Made by a program: the position numbers and the translations under genes. The notes under the pieces were generated by a model. That model saw only the letters and a program-made list of their open reading frames with translations. It made no database searches and was not told the origin of the DNA. A stretch of 64,000 bases of DNA from Octopus sinensis (lineage: Eukaryota). Below are positions 12,855-25,959 of the stretch, piece by piece. Positions within the stretch are counted from its first letter, which is position 1, and the number at the start of each line of letters is the position of its first letter. The stretch lies in the NCBI RefSeq assembly GCF_006345805.1, contig NC_043007.1, positions 35,154,001 to 35,218,000 of the forward strand. The letters are read 5' to 3'.

Positions 12855-13571
12855 TATACCTCAACTTTAGAATAAAAGAAAAAATATATATACACACACA
12901 AATACTACACTCCATAGAATCCATTACTAATCAGCCCCTTCATAGCTATATTTACACCCATTCATATTCTCCCTTCTCTGTTTTTTTTTCTTCTTCTTCT
13001 TCCTCTTCTTCTTCATCATCATCGTTATCATCATCATCGGCGTCATCATCATCGCCACCATCATCACCACCATCTTCTCCTTCTCTCCTTCTTCTTCTTC
13101 TCTTCTTCTTCTTCATCATCATCGTTATCATCATCATCGTCGTCATAATCATCACCACCATCACCATCATCTTCTCCTTCTCCTTCTCCTTCTTCTTCTT
13201 CTTCTTCTCTTCTTCTTCTTCTCCACCCCCTACCCCTTAAGTTTGTCACTAATGTTTTTAGTATAACACCTACGCTAATTCTATAAACAAGCCTGTCAAT
13301 ATAAATATTCTCCTGAATTGAACTGAGACTGCCAGCCGCCACTGACCATTCAAAATACGACCATCAGGGCACTCCCAGATTCTCCCACCCCCTTTCCTCA
13401 CCAGCCTTCCTCTACTACCCTACCAAGAACTCACAACTACCTCGAACACACAAGTGCAAACAAGGGAGTCAGAGAAAGGCAGAATGCCACTTAATCTGAA
13501 CACTACTATAGAAATATTCTTTTAAAAAAACTTTTCTTCTAATTTTTCTAAATTTAATTATTTAATCGTTA

Positions 13572-13609
13572 CAGTTGAAAAGGTCTCAAAATGACCGAAA
13601 CCGGTACTG
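13572..13609 (+). ncRNA. Hammerhead ribozyme with U3:A8 core at the 3' end of the PLE
   Basis: cag-TTGAAAA-ggtc-tcaaaat-gacc-GAAAC-CG-GTA-ctg; stem I extends (gtt-a-cag/ctg-a-aat); ACCGGT palindrome. Confidence 0.7.
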
Positions 13610-13671
13610 AAATGTTCACTATAAAATTATTTAGCATTTTCTATTTTTTACTTGTTTTTTCATTATATATA

Positions 13672-13732
<61 letters not shown>

Positions 13733-13749
13733 CAATATATATATATATA

Positions 13750-13779
<30 letters not shown>

Positions 13780-13780
<1 letters not shown>

Positions 13781-13996
13781 TTACTACCCACAAGGGCTAA
13801 ACACAGAGGGGACAAACAAGGACAGACAAAGATTAATCGATACATCGACCCAGTGGGTAACTGGTATTTAATTTATCGACCCCGAAAGGAAAGGCAAAGT
13901 CGAAATCGGCGGAATTTGAACTCACAACGTAACGACAGACGAAATACCGCTAAGCATTTCGCCCGGCGCGCTAACGTTTCTGCCAGCTCGCCGCCC
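13780..13996 (-). mobile_element. tRNA-derived SINE, family A
   Basis: Minus strand: ggcggcgagctggcagaaacgttagc head; tttagcccttgtgggtagtaaagaaata tail. Confidence 0.85.
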
Positions 13997-14029
<33 letters not shown>

Positions 14030-14639
14030 GACACACAAAATTATTTGTAGTATTTGTTGCAGCACTTTGAATTTCGTGTTCTTGGCAGGACGACTTAGTT
14101 CACAGTTGGGTTTAGCCTCATCAACTGCTTTATAGGTGCTTTCAACAGAGTTTCTGTCACATGCACATCACAGCAGGCTTCCGGTTTCAGGATAACTTTT
14201 CCTCTTCTCCCAACCAAGTTCAGATGCCTTGAAAGGAATAAAAATAATAAGTATCCTTGGTACTTCTCCAACAAAACCCAGAGAGGGAAAGCTCATTATA
14301 AAAATAAAATCCGTTGCTGCCACTTGCAAGTGAGTATGGTTCGGCAGTATGCACCTTACATTCGTTGTTTTCGATACCATTGTAACGTAAGCAGATGTAT
14401 ACCATTTCATTCCTCTTGCCATCCTTGACCAAGCGAAACTTCCAGGACGTTACAGGAGAGAAGGCAGTACCAGCAATAGCTGTTGAGTAGACTAGAACAT
14501 GAAATAAAATGCCTTGCTGAAGAGCACAGTGCTTCGCCTAGCCCAGGAATCGAACCTCCGAACTTACGGTCATGATCTCTGAAACATAACCGTAAAGACA
14601 TGCGCTTTCATGACAGCAATTTTGAGCTGGGGGAGGTTT

Positions 14640-15240
14640 GTCAGTTACATCAATCCGAGTGCTCAACTGGTACTTATTTTATTTCTTTATTGCCAACAAG
14701 GGGCTAAACATAGAGGGGAGAAACAAGGACCGACAAAGGGATTAAGTCGACTATATTGACCCCAGTATGTAATTGGTACTTAATTTATCGACCCCGAAAG
14801 GATGAAAGGCAAAGTCGACCTCGGCGGAATTTGAACTCAGAACGTAACTGCAGATGAAATACCTTTTTCTTTACTACCTACAAGGGGCTAAACACAGAGA
14901 GGACAAACAAGGACAGACAAACGGATTAAATCGATTATATCGACCCCAGTGCGTAACTGGTACTTATTTAATCGACCCCGAAAGGATGAAAGGCAAAATC
15001 GACCTCGGCGGAATTTGAACTCAGAACGTAACGGCAGACGAAATACCGCTAAGCATTTCGACCGGCGTGCTAACGTTTCTGCCAGCTCGCTGCCTTTCAA
15101 CTGGTACTTATTCTATCGACCCTGAAATGATGAATGCAAACGTCGTCCTCGGGAGAATTTGAACTTAAAGATCCGAAACAAATGCCGCTATGCAATTTTG
15201 TCCGGCGTGCTAACGATTCTGCCAGCTCGCCACCTTCGCC
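14640..15240 (-). mobile_element. Cluster and tandem multimer of SINE family A
   Basis: Repeated gaaaggatgaaaggcaaagtcgacctcggcggaatttgaactcag units. Confidence 0.85.
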
Positions 15241-15534
15241 GCCAAAATAATGAAAAATGATGGCCGACGCCACTTCGTCTTAAGCTACCGAGACAGAAAT
15301 TTTCATGAAACATATAACACAGAATAAACGGTGTTGGATCTCCTTTCCTCGGTTTATAATTTTGTATTAGATAAAATTTTGTATATAGAATTGATATCTT
15401 TCTCAAACCAATTGGCTTCAACTGTTTGTTAAGCTGAAAAAAAATAATAATATACAAATATAATGTAAAATGTATTATTACAGAAGCTGATATATAAAAT
15501 GTTTGTTACCGTTAACTTTCATTTCCAAAATCAA

Positions 15535-15589
<55 letters not shown>

Positions 15590-15979
15590 TAATATTAATA
15601 TTATTATTATTATTATTGGACATTTTTAATTTTCTACAGATATTTAATTTATATTTACATTTATATTTATATTTCGCCATAAAACATTCAGAAATGATTG
15701 TCTGTCGTTTGTTTTCAATTTTTTTCCCCAATTATATTCATTGTTTTTATTATTTACGAAAACAAACGGTTTAATAAATGTAATTATATCAAAGGAAAAA
15801 ATAGTTTTTTCTGTTATATAATAATAGATAAATATAATGCAAGTATAATTTACTTTTTAAGCAAACACGTTTCTTTTATTGCATATAAGAAATTCAAACA
15901 TTTGAACAAGACTTGTATTTATTTTACCAACATAAAACTATGTCTCTTTTTCCATGTCTTCCCTTCTCCTCCTTGTCTT

Positions 15980-16080
<101 letters not shown>

Positions 16081-16202
16081 TCATATTTACGCTCTTACTT
16101 GATTCAGTCGTTGAACTGATAATCATATATTTATATGATAATAATATTCATATATGTATATGAAAATACTACAACTACCACTACTACTACTACTACTACT
16201 AC

Positions 16203-16244
<42 letters not shown>

Positions 16245-16254
16245 TAATAATAAT

Positions 16255-16467
16255 ATGATAAAAAATATTCAGACAAACACATAACAAAAACACCAGGACT
16301 TACAAATATATATAACATACAGAAAATTGCACTACTGGGCATTGCATACATCCTACGCAAAACACTTCCAATACCATAAGAGCATCACAACAAACCACAG
16401 CACATGCCCAAGGCACACAGAGCTGCGCTCGGTAGTGAAGTGAAAGCACGCTATAAAAATAAAACTA

Positions 16468-16470
<3 letters not shown>
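16255..16470 (+). mobile_element. Dong/R4-like LINE 3' end in (TAA)n
   Basis: KYSDKHITKTPGLTNIYNIQKIALLGIAYILRKTL, short UTR, then (TAA)n. Confidence 0.75.
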
Positions 16471-16551
<81 letters not shown>

Positions 16552-16559
16552 CACAATCA

Positions 16560-17810
16560 TAATCACAATAAATTCCATGTAGCCACAACAGAAGCTGCTG
16601 GAAAAATAGGTAGGATTGGCTGATGAAGGGAACACTAAAAATGAAACCGAGAGCACTATGCTGGCAGCGCAAGCCCAAGCTATGGCCACGACCTGGAGGG
16701 TCAACTTTAGGAATGAGCAAGTATGTATCTCGGCTGTGCTGCATCTGCAGAGAGTGGATGAAACCATTGCCCATGTCATGAACGAATGTCCTAGTCTCAC
16801 CCAAAACCATTACAAGTTGTGGCGAAACGACCAGGTAGCAAAAGTGCTACATAGGAAACTGTGCGAAATGTGGAGACTAGAGAGAGTTAAGACGTGGTAT
16901 GAGCCCAAACCGCAGAGAGTTGTGGAGTCAGATACTAGCAAAATCCTTTCAGATTTCCCAATCCAAACAGACCAGGTGCTATAGCATAACAGACCGGACC
17001 TAGTGGTGGTGGACAAGGTACACCACATATGCTATATAGTTGATGTTGCATGCCTTTTTGACCCACGAATAGTCAAGAAGGAATGCGAAAAAAACGTCCG
17101 AAATGTGTGGTAAGTAGCTTGCTAACCAACCACATGGTTCCGGGTTCAGTCCCACTGCGTGGCATCTTGGGCAATTGTCTTCTGCTATAGCCCCGGGCCG
17201 ACCAAAGTCTTGTGAGTGGATTTGGTAGATGGAAACTGAAAGAAGCCTGTCGTATATATGTGTATATATATATATATATATATGTGTATGTGTGTGTGTG
17301 TGTTTGTCCCCCAAGCATTGCTTGACAACCGATGCTGGTGTGTTTACGTCCCCGTCACTTAGCGGTTCGGCAAAAGAGACCGATAGAATAAGTACTGGGC
17401 TTACAAAGAATAAGTCCCAGGGTCGATTTGCTCGACTAAAGACGGTGCTCCAGCATGACCGCAGTCAAATGGCTGAAACAAGTAAAAGAGTAAAAGAGAA
17501 AAGAGTATCTTAAGTATGAAATAATGCGGCTATGGAAAATGTAGAAGGTAAAGATAGTGCCAACTATTGTTGGGTCCTTGGGAACAATATTAGAAGTCAT
17601 CAAGGAGAATATAAAGGAAATTGGAATAGAGTACCCAGTAGAAATGTTAAAAAAAGGTTTGCCTTCTGGGCATTGCCAGAATAATCAGGAAAGTATTAGA
17701 TAGCGGAAAAGAACGGATAACATGGCAGCGTAGGCTGCAGTTAGCAAGTCTTCTATGCATGCAAAACTCCAGGAGTTCCAATAAAACCTGTGATAAAGAG
17801 AAATAATGAT
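16560..17810 (+). mobile_element. 5'-truncated Dong/R4-like LINE (Zn knuckle + RLE endonuclease), interrupted by a SINE B at ~17105-17508
   Basis: ESTMLAAQAQA; DETIAHVMNEC; NDQVAKVLH; FPIQTD; HNRPDLVVVD; IVDVAC; then IVGSLG after the SINE; (TAA/CAA)n tail. Confidence 0.8.
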
Positions 17811-18511
17811 AATATTAATAACAACAACAACAACAACAACAACAACAATAATAATAACAATAATAATACATGTTTCAAGTTGAGCACTAATCTATTGCTA
17901 TTACAAAGCTTTAAAAAATTGCTGCCCATTAACTTGTCTATTAAAGACAATGTATTTTTGTTTTAATTACAATAGCTTCTTCTATAATTATTATTCCAAG
18001 CCATGTGTCGTCTGAGTGAACATAGCGTTATAGTGTTATATTCAAAATGTCGCCATTTCTAAAAATTCTTTGTATTTGAGAGAAACCAAAGGAAGATTCA
18101 TAATGATTATTGAACATTTGAAGATGTAGACATTTCAGACAATTATTGTGTAATTTAAACGATGTTATGAGGGGGGAAAAAACTGTAAACTATAGAATGA
18201 AAAGCATCGGGAAAATTTTGTTAATGAATTACAATGGTAATCGCAGCATGAATGATTTTTTTTATTAAAAACCCAGCTGTTTTATATTTGCATGCACGCA
18301 TACACATGCGTATATACAAATACATATACACGTACAGACGCATATAAGTATATGTATATGTATATATCTGTATGTGTATACATATCTAAATATTATATGC
18401 ACACACACACATATAGATATATGTATATGCTCACATATATAAATATATATATACATACATGCGTGCATGCATACATACATACATACATACATACATACAT
18501 ACATACATACA

Positions 18512-18543
<32 letters not shown>

Positions 18544-18570
18544 CTGCTCATGTAAATGTATACACATATA

Positions 18571-18840
18571 TTGTGTTGAGTCAAGAGTTTTGCAATATTT
18601 TGGTTAATTATTTTCGGTATTCGTCAAGTTACAACAAAAACAGCTTAATATTCAAAGTAGAGTCCATTGAGTTACACCGTCTGAAGCCACCCTTCTGCCA
18701 TTCCTTTGATCCTACGATTATACCAGTTCTTGTCCTTCGAAGCGAAGAGTTCCTTCTCTGAAGCTTCCTCCTTCCTCTTAGTTGATGATGCGTTGCGAGC
18801 GCTGGAAGTGAGCCATAAAAACATTTCCCAAATAATCTCA
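18571..18840 (-). mobile_element. Mariner 3' fragment
   Basis: LFASKDKNWYNRRIKGMAEGWLQTV..NGLYFEY; mariner-like TIR ttgtgttgagtcaagagtt next to TA. Confidence 0.65.
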
Positions 18841-19677
18841 ACATAAACAAATCAATAGAAATAATGCAATGACCTAAAACACGTTAATCTTCGTAGCTAG
18901 AATTAAAAGATATAATTATAAACGTAAAAAATGTGTGCAACTTTTCACCGAAATTTTACTGCCTCAGTTACACATCTTATCTCTTTGAAAGTAGGTGCCC
19001 ACAAAAGTCTCTTGTGAACTGCGGCGCTAAGCTACCGTCTACAAATGACAAAAATAATAATGGAGTCTGTCTCACTGAAGACACATTCAAGATAAGGCAT
19101 ATTCAACACATGCATTCCTTATGATGCATAAATGTTAGAAAATCAACCACACTGTCCATATATCTTTGGAGGCTGAAGAAGAAAGAAATTAACAACACGC
19201 TTATATTACTCGTCCGACATAGAAACTGCAGTTCATTACGTAAATAGATCTCTCTTATTGCTAAAAAGACAGAGCAGTTTATCAGGTTATAATAGTTACT
19301 AGTTTTCATCTTTTTCAGTTGTTTATTCATGAACAACTGTTTCTTATCAAAGACACTTACAAGATATTGCCACATGGAAAAAAAAAACATAAGCCTATTT
19401 GAGATTAAACCGAAATTCTTTGTCGTTAATATATCCAAATTTGTATTCAGCTCTTCATTGAAACAGAAAATATATTTTCTCATCAGATTTTGAAGTTAGC
19501 TCTCTTTATAAAATTTTCAGAAAATCTGAAAAACAATGGCAAAACTAATCTATTTAGCCAAAATTATTTGCACATAGACGTTTCGACTCATGAATTCAAC
19601 ATCAGTTTGGCTTATATTCCTAAGGAAATTTATAAAAAGATTTCTGCAATACATTATATATATACAAATAAATAAAT

Positions 19678-19916
19678 GCGCCCTTTTAAAGCCTAGCCAA
19701 TCTCATGGGCCCGGTTTCCCGGTTTCTATGGCGTATATGTTCCCCAGCTGGACGGGACGCCAGTCCATCGCAGCGTTACTCATTTTTGCCAGCTGAGTGG
19801 ACTGGAGCAACATAAAATGTTTTGCTCAAGAACACAACGCGTCGCCCGGTCCAGGAATCGAAACCGCAATCTTACGATCATGATGCTGACACCCTAACCA
19901 CTAAGCCACGCGCTTC

Positions 19917-19918
<2 letters not shown>
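19678..19918 (-). mobile_element. tRNA-derived SINE, family D (CORE-like and V-like segments)
   Basis: gcgtggcttagtggttagggtg..gtttcgattcc head; ttgagcaaaaca..ctcagctg; ctgcgatggactggcgtcccgtccag. Confidence 0.7.
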
Positions 19919-19945
<27 letters not shown>

Positions 19946-19948
<3 letters not shown>

Positions 19949-20456
19949 AGGTCTGATCAATAAGTATCCGGACTGTTACTATAGTAACGAAGATAAAGCA
20001 CGCAGAGTAAAGCCGCTTGGCAGTGAATGACCTTGGACTATGCTGTGCATGCGCACTAAGTTTTGATATTCTATCTCACCTCCACTGTTTACAGCAGTGC
20101 TTGGAGGGAAGATGTGTCATGTGCATTGACATGTCATGTGTCGTGGTAATACCTGTCCAGAGGCCTACGCAAAGTTGCAAAAAGAGTATGGAGAGGAGTA
20201 TATGAGCCGCACACAAGTGTACGAGTGTTTCGGACGTTTCCAAGATGGCCGAAAAAAAATGTTGATAGGAACGAACGTTCTGGAAGACTCTCAACCAGCA
20301 TGACTGAGAAAAAACATAGCAGATGTGCGTGCAGCTGTGAGGGGAAATCGTCGAATCACCATCCGTGAGTTATCAGAGGATATGGAATATCAGTTCAGTC
20401 CATTATCACTAAAGATTTGAGCAAGAGACGCGTGTCTGCCAAGTTTATGCTAAAGA
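19946..20456 (+). mobile_element. Mariner 5' fragment (TIR + HTH region)
   Basis: EAYAKLQKEYGEEYMSRTQVYECFGRFQDGR..RSGRLST..NRRITIRELSE..RRVSAKF. Confidence 0.8.
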
Positions 20457-20713
20457 AGAAGACGAAGGAGGAGGAGGAGGAAGAGGGGGAGGAGGAGGAG
20501 GAGGAGGAGGAAGAGGAGGTGGGGAGAAGAAGAAGAAGAAAAAGAAGAAGAAGAAGAAGAAGAAGAAGGAGGAGGAGGAGGAGGAGGAGGAGGAAAAGGA
20601 GGAGGAAGAAGAAGGTTGGGGAGAAGAGAAGAGAGAAGAGGAAGAGGGGAAGAAGAAGAAGGAAGAAGAAGAGGAAGAAGAAAAAGAGAAGAGGAAGAAG
20701 AAGAAGAGAAGAA

Positions 20714-20746
<33 letters not shown>

Positions 20747-20835
20747 AGAAGAGGAGAAGAAGAAGAAGAAGAAGAGAAGAAGAAGAAGAAGAAGAAGAAG
20801 AAGAAGAAGAAGAAGAGAAGAAGAAGAAAGAAGTC
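20457..20835. repeat. (GAA/GAG)n microsatellite
   Basis: Directly visible. Confidence 0.95.
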
Positions 20836-21559
20836 TGACAAATTTTTAATGAATATTTCCAATTATAAATCTGCTCTTTTTACCATCTATTTTGACAGCC
20901 ATTTTCTATATAAAGAGATCAAGTTGTGTCTCTGTAATTGCATCTGGGTTGGATTGTTTGTGTGGTGTTAATAGACATTTTATTGTGTTTGTAAAGGTGA
21001 TTATAAATTATTTGTTGTGATTAGAATTGTATGTATTGTCCTAGGTTATCCATACAAATATAATTGTCCACACAAAATTCTTATTGGAAACTTTTTAATA
21101 CCTGCTCGAAATAAAGAAGTTTGCTCAAATCAATGTAAGAAACGTTGTGATAACATATACGAATACATTAAAACTAATATGAAGCATTATTATTATTATT
21201 ATTATTATTAAATATTCTTCTCTTCGATGATCGGTGGATGTGCCTCTGCCAATACTGTTTGTCATGTGTGTAGTGACACCATTTTGGAAGTTTTCAGCGC
21301 GCATGTGCAGTGTTGGATTCATCCGGGAGGCCTGCCGGAAGTTCCCTCAAGCGCATGCGCAGAGAACTAGCAGCAGCAAAACTTCCCGCGTATCGATCTC
21401 TCTCGAAGCTGACAGTCAAATAGAACGGACGCGTTCTCACAGTTCTCCCAAGCTGCCACCATGTGGCGATGCTACACTATGCTGGAACGAGACATGATTT
21501 GGTTCACACCACTTAACTACTGTGACTAGCTCCATGGCTACCGGGTCGCTCAGCAGGAA

Positions 21560-21627
<68 letters not shown>

Positions 21628-21639
21628 TATATATATAAT

Positions 21640-21916
21640 AAATATAGGGAATAATCCAAATTTACAGGGAAAAAATCAGATTTAGGATTAAATCCAATTT
21701 TATAGTAAAATATTATATAATATTAATTAGAGACAAAACCACTTTTGCAAAACAAACAAGGAAAGACTTAATCAATACATAAAATTTTAATAAAAGTAAA
21801 AAAAGTACTTTTTATTTTTTATTTTTTACTTTTTATTAAAATTTTATGTATTGATTAAGTCTTTCCTTGTTTGTTTTGCAAAATAGTGGTTTTGTCTCTA
21901 ATTAATATTATAATAT

Positions 21917-21918
<2 letters not shown>
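21640..21918. mobile_element. Hairpin made of inverted PLE-like termini, no HHR retained
   Basis: About 95-bp arms at ~21710-21803 and ~21822-21918; same family as 56898-57190; (TA)n on both sides. Confidence 0.75.
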
Positions 21919-21973
<55 letters not shown>

Positions 21974-24224
21974 CGAATCCAGAAAAATAAAAATATTTGT
22001 GCTGTTGAAGATATTCGAAGTCTTGGTTTTTCCTTCGACAAATAATTAATGTAAGGGATGGACCTGCAACCCTCCAGTGTTACAGACCTTTCATTCTGTT
22101 ACATGTGCTTCATGTATGTGTGTAGGTTTTTGGAGATCCTTTATGTATATATTTTCTTCTTGGCTTACAGTAAGAGAAGCCATTACATGTGCTAAGTTTC
22201 CTCTGAAATTTACAGCATTCAGATTTGTATTTATCGCAGCTTTTAACACTAACTTTTTGAAAGCCATCATTCATATCTTTTTTTTTTTAGTTGTTTTTTT
22301 TCTCACTGTCTAGTTCGTTCATGTAACTGGATAGGTCAAGACCGTCATGTCTGCAAAATCTTATGTTAGGCTACATGACACGATCAAACCTCATGAATGA
22401 AGGCTTCATGATCCGATCAAACCTTAAATCTGTTCCGTCTATGGTTACATGGAAAATTTCATTTTTGTGTTTCTTAACTCAGAAGGCACGAAATAAAATA
22501 ATGTTCCGTTACACTTTTTAATACATTGGTATCGGTGTTGGATATAGAAATGTGTAAGATTCAGTCGGCGCCTCTGAATTTCATCAAGGATTAGGTCTCG
22601 AGCTGCATTACTCTTTATTTAAAACTATAAGGAAGACTGGGTTGTTGTTTCTAGCAGTAAATCGGTAGCGTGGGGCTTCCCTCCGTATGTACATGCACAT
22701 GATACCTGATGACGGACGGGAACTCTTTGAAATGATATTTTACACACTTGAACACACATACATATGCACATATGTATATATATGCCCACATAGACACACA
22801 TATATACATACATACATGCATACATACATAAACACACATACATTTACATACAAATATGCATACATATACACATACATATGCACACATACATACATGCATA
22901 CATACATATGTACGTACGTATGTACATACATGCCTACATTCATACATACATACATACATGCATGCATACATACAACCGTATATACATAAATGCATGCATA
23001 CATACATACATGCATACATACATACGTACATACATGCATACATACATACATACATACATACATACATACATGCATACATATATGTATACATATATATATA
23101 CACACACACACATACATACATATATATATAGAAAAAGTGGGAGAGAAAAGAAGTGAAAGCCAGATGCTGAAAGAGGAACAGACAAGAAGTCGCAGATTGC
23201 TGAAATTAGATGATTAAATGCCTGAAGAAGAAAAAAAAATTCCATTACAACAGAAGATTTTTGTTTGTTTGTTTCTTTCCTCTTTTTACTCCTCCTCCTC
23301 CTCCTTCCTCCTCTCCTCCTCCTCTTCTCCTTCTTCTTCTTCTTCTTCTTCTTCTTCTTCTTCTCCTCCTCCTCCTCCTCCTCCTTCTTCGTCTTCTTCT
23401 TTAGCATAAACCTAAGATTTGTAAATAGAAGACGTTGTGCAAAGACGGTTCCTGCCGGTTATGTAGGTTATGAAGCAATATTTTCGATACCCGAGTTGTT
23501 ATCGGAAATTATATGGCTGCCAATATACTTGGGATTTTGCAAGCTAATGAATCAACCGCTGGAAAATCGGTAGTTTCCTATTGTTTAAAAACTAGCATTA
23601 GATCTATTTATAGAAGAGGATATTTGTTTATCATCATCATCATCATCATCATTGTCGTCGTCGTTGTTGTTGTTATTGTCGTCGTCGTCTTTGTTAATCT
23701 TGTTGCCATTGTTATTATTTGTATTAGAGGCTTTGTTTCTCATACTTAACAACTGCAAGCTATTCATTATAGCCTTGCTTCAGAGGTTTTAAGCCAGGCA
23801 AATCGATTCTCCCATTCCCAACCCCCATCCCGCGAATCAAAAGATGAATTTACCAGGCTATACATTAACGTTCATTTGTTTATTTCATTTCAGAAAGAAC
23901 AGAAAAATAAAAAATAGAAATAAAAACAAAATATAAGCAAAAAGAAACAAGACAAAAACAAAACAAACAAAGAGGTGAAGGAATGAAAAGAAGGAAAAAT
24001 ATTCTAACAATGTGTACGAACTGAAGCTGGGAGAAATCAAAGACGATAATGAAGACTGGAATACAAAAAAGTAAAGCTTCTAGAATAATCAGAACCTGAA
24101 TAGAAAGAGGACGGCTGGGGAAGGGAAAGAAACGGCGATGTATATGAACGGTGAGTGCAGTTGTAGAGAAGGTGGCGTGGCAGCGAGAACAGGAAAGAAA
24201 AGAAAGAGAACAAAAGACAAAGGT

Positions 24225-25139
24225 AAAATGGCGACCAGAGTCGAGTTGGAATGAGACGATGTGAAAAGCTTATAATTTTCGGAAACTTTTGATGTACAAA
24301 TTCATTAGAGGTGGATCAACTACACCAGCATCAGCACCGGAAAGAAATGCTAACACATACTAACGTTAACACGGGCGCCAAATGTCGGCGTTAATGTGAA
24401 CGACATCGTCAGAATAAGCGCCGCCATTGGAATCTTTCTTACACGATTCTGTCATTTTTTCTCCCTTCGTTGTAGGCATTTTAAGGTGGTTATATGTGTG
24501 CAAGTGAACAAATGAGCTTGCACAAGATCTTAAGAACACTTATTGCTCTTTCTTTTCCCTTTTCTTCGTTCTGTTCTTTCTCGTTCATTCTGAAATCATT
24601 GAAAGAATGGAAACTAAAAGGAAAGAAAAACGAGACAAACAATAAATAAATAAATACATAAATAAATAAATAAAGAAGAGTGAGTGAGGGGGAGAGAATG
24701 AGGGAAAATGAAGAGATAGGGAGGTGGTAAGAGGGTGAGAAAGAAATCAATAAAAATGGCCGTCGATTCGGTGAACGATTGAGGAAGCTAGGTCACAATT
24801 GTGAATGCATTAGTTCATCACGTCTCCACCCGTTTTGTCTTACCTTCATTCAGTTCTATTGCTATGCTTCAGTTTCTATTTACGTTCTTTAACCTTCTCG
24901 TTCCCCTCCCTCTCTCTCCTTTTTCCCTCTCTTCCTCCACCACCATCGTTGCCGCCGTCGCCGCTGGTGATGTTGCCGCCGCCGCTACCGCCACCGCCGC
25001 TGCCAGAAATCACTTAATTCCCTTCTAACATTGGCCAACTCATAATCATTGCTGGCGGTGAAAAAAATGGTCCACAATACAGCAGAAGAGATATGCACTT
25101 CACTTTATAGATTATACAGCTCTCTACGCCATCTAGTGG
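24225..25139 (-). promoter_or_regulatory. Possible promoter and first exon of a minus-strand gene
   Basis: YY1-like AAAATGGC at 24225 and 24753; AAG|GTAAGA donor on the minus strand at 24843; GC-rich GCC/GGC stretch; CCAAT at 25030-25034; CTCF-like CGCCATCTAGTGG at 25127-25139. Confidence 0.3.
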
Positions 25140-25543
25140 ATAAAATGTTCAATCATTTTTCTAAAGAGACCAAGTCTTGCTATTTATTGATGGCAACTGA
25201 AATAGCTTTGGTGTACTGACGTCATGGAAAATTCCATGCAGGCAATCGCTTTCTTTCTATATTTAAATATATATTTAGTTATATTGGCGCGCATTAAAGA
25301 AAACGGTTTGCAATGGCTGACAGGTGAGTGCTGCGGTTAGCGGTGAAAGCGATATTGAAGGCGGAGGAGTAGAGGGTTGAAGGTAGAGTAGGAGGTGTGG
25401 AAATAAGGAACAAAAAGGAGAGTGCATGAAATGGAGAAGGGTGAACATTCGGCACAGATGACGGTTAAGGAAACCTTTGAGACAGAAATCGAGGTATGGC
25501 TGATGAATAAATACATGCATGCAAATATACATACATACATACA

Positions 25544-25639
<96 letters not shown>

Positions 25640-25856
25640 ATATATATATACACAATGATGAGTAAATTGGAAAATGGAGTTGGCAATGATCTTTATTCAA
25701 CTCCATTTTCCGTTAACCTCATTCATTATAAAGTCAACGAACACTGCGGAATTTCTGACATGGATCCAACGATATAACTGTGGATGACATCAGGTAGCCT
25801 CAACGGTGGAAGTGCTTTAATCGACACACTACTAACCATATATTCAAGGCCCAAGT

Positions 25857-25898
<42 letters not shown>

Positions 25899-25959
25899 AT
25901 AGTTTGCTTGAAGCATTGTATATAGAACATAATGTTGAAAGATGTAAAAGGCCAAACAA

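Larger units (their letters stand above)
10275..13660 (+). mobile_element. Penelope-like retroelement (probably Neptune clade), 5'-truncated, between two (TA)n runs
   Basis: RT plus GIY-YIG ORF, then 3' UTR with (TTC)n/(ATC)n, a terminal HHR and (TA)n. Confidence 0.9.

Noticed and set aside
14168-14432. Non-repetitive ORFs of 70-84 aa
   Set aside because: No recognisable motif and no consistent splice signals
19575-19608. CTGATGT...GAAACGTC on the minus strand
   Set aside because: A9 altered, stem I absent and stem II poor
22706-22745. CTGATGA...GAAAT on the plus strand
   Set aside because: No convincing stems I, II or III
23400-23600. Possible small exon
   Set aside because: Several open frames, weak splice sites, no recognisable product
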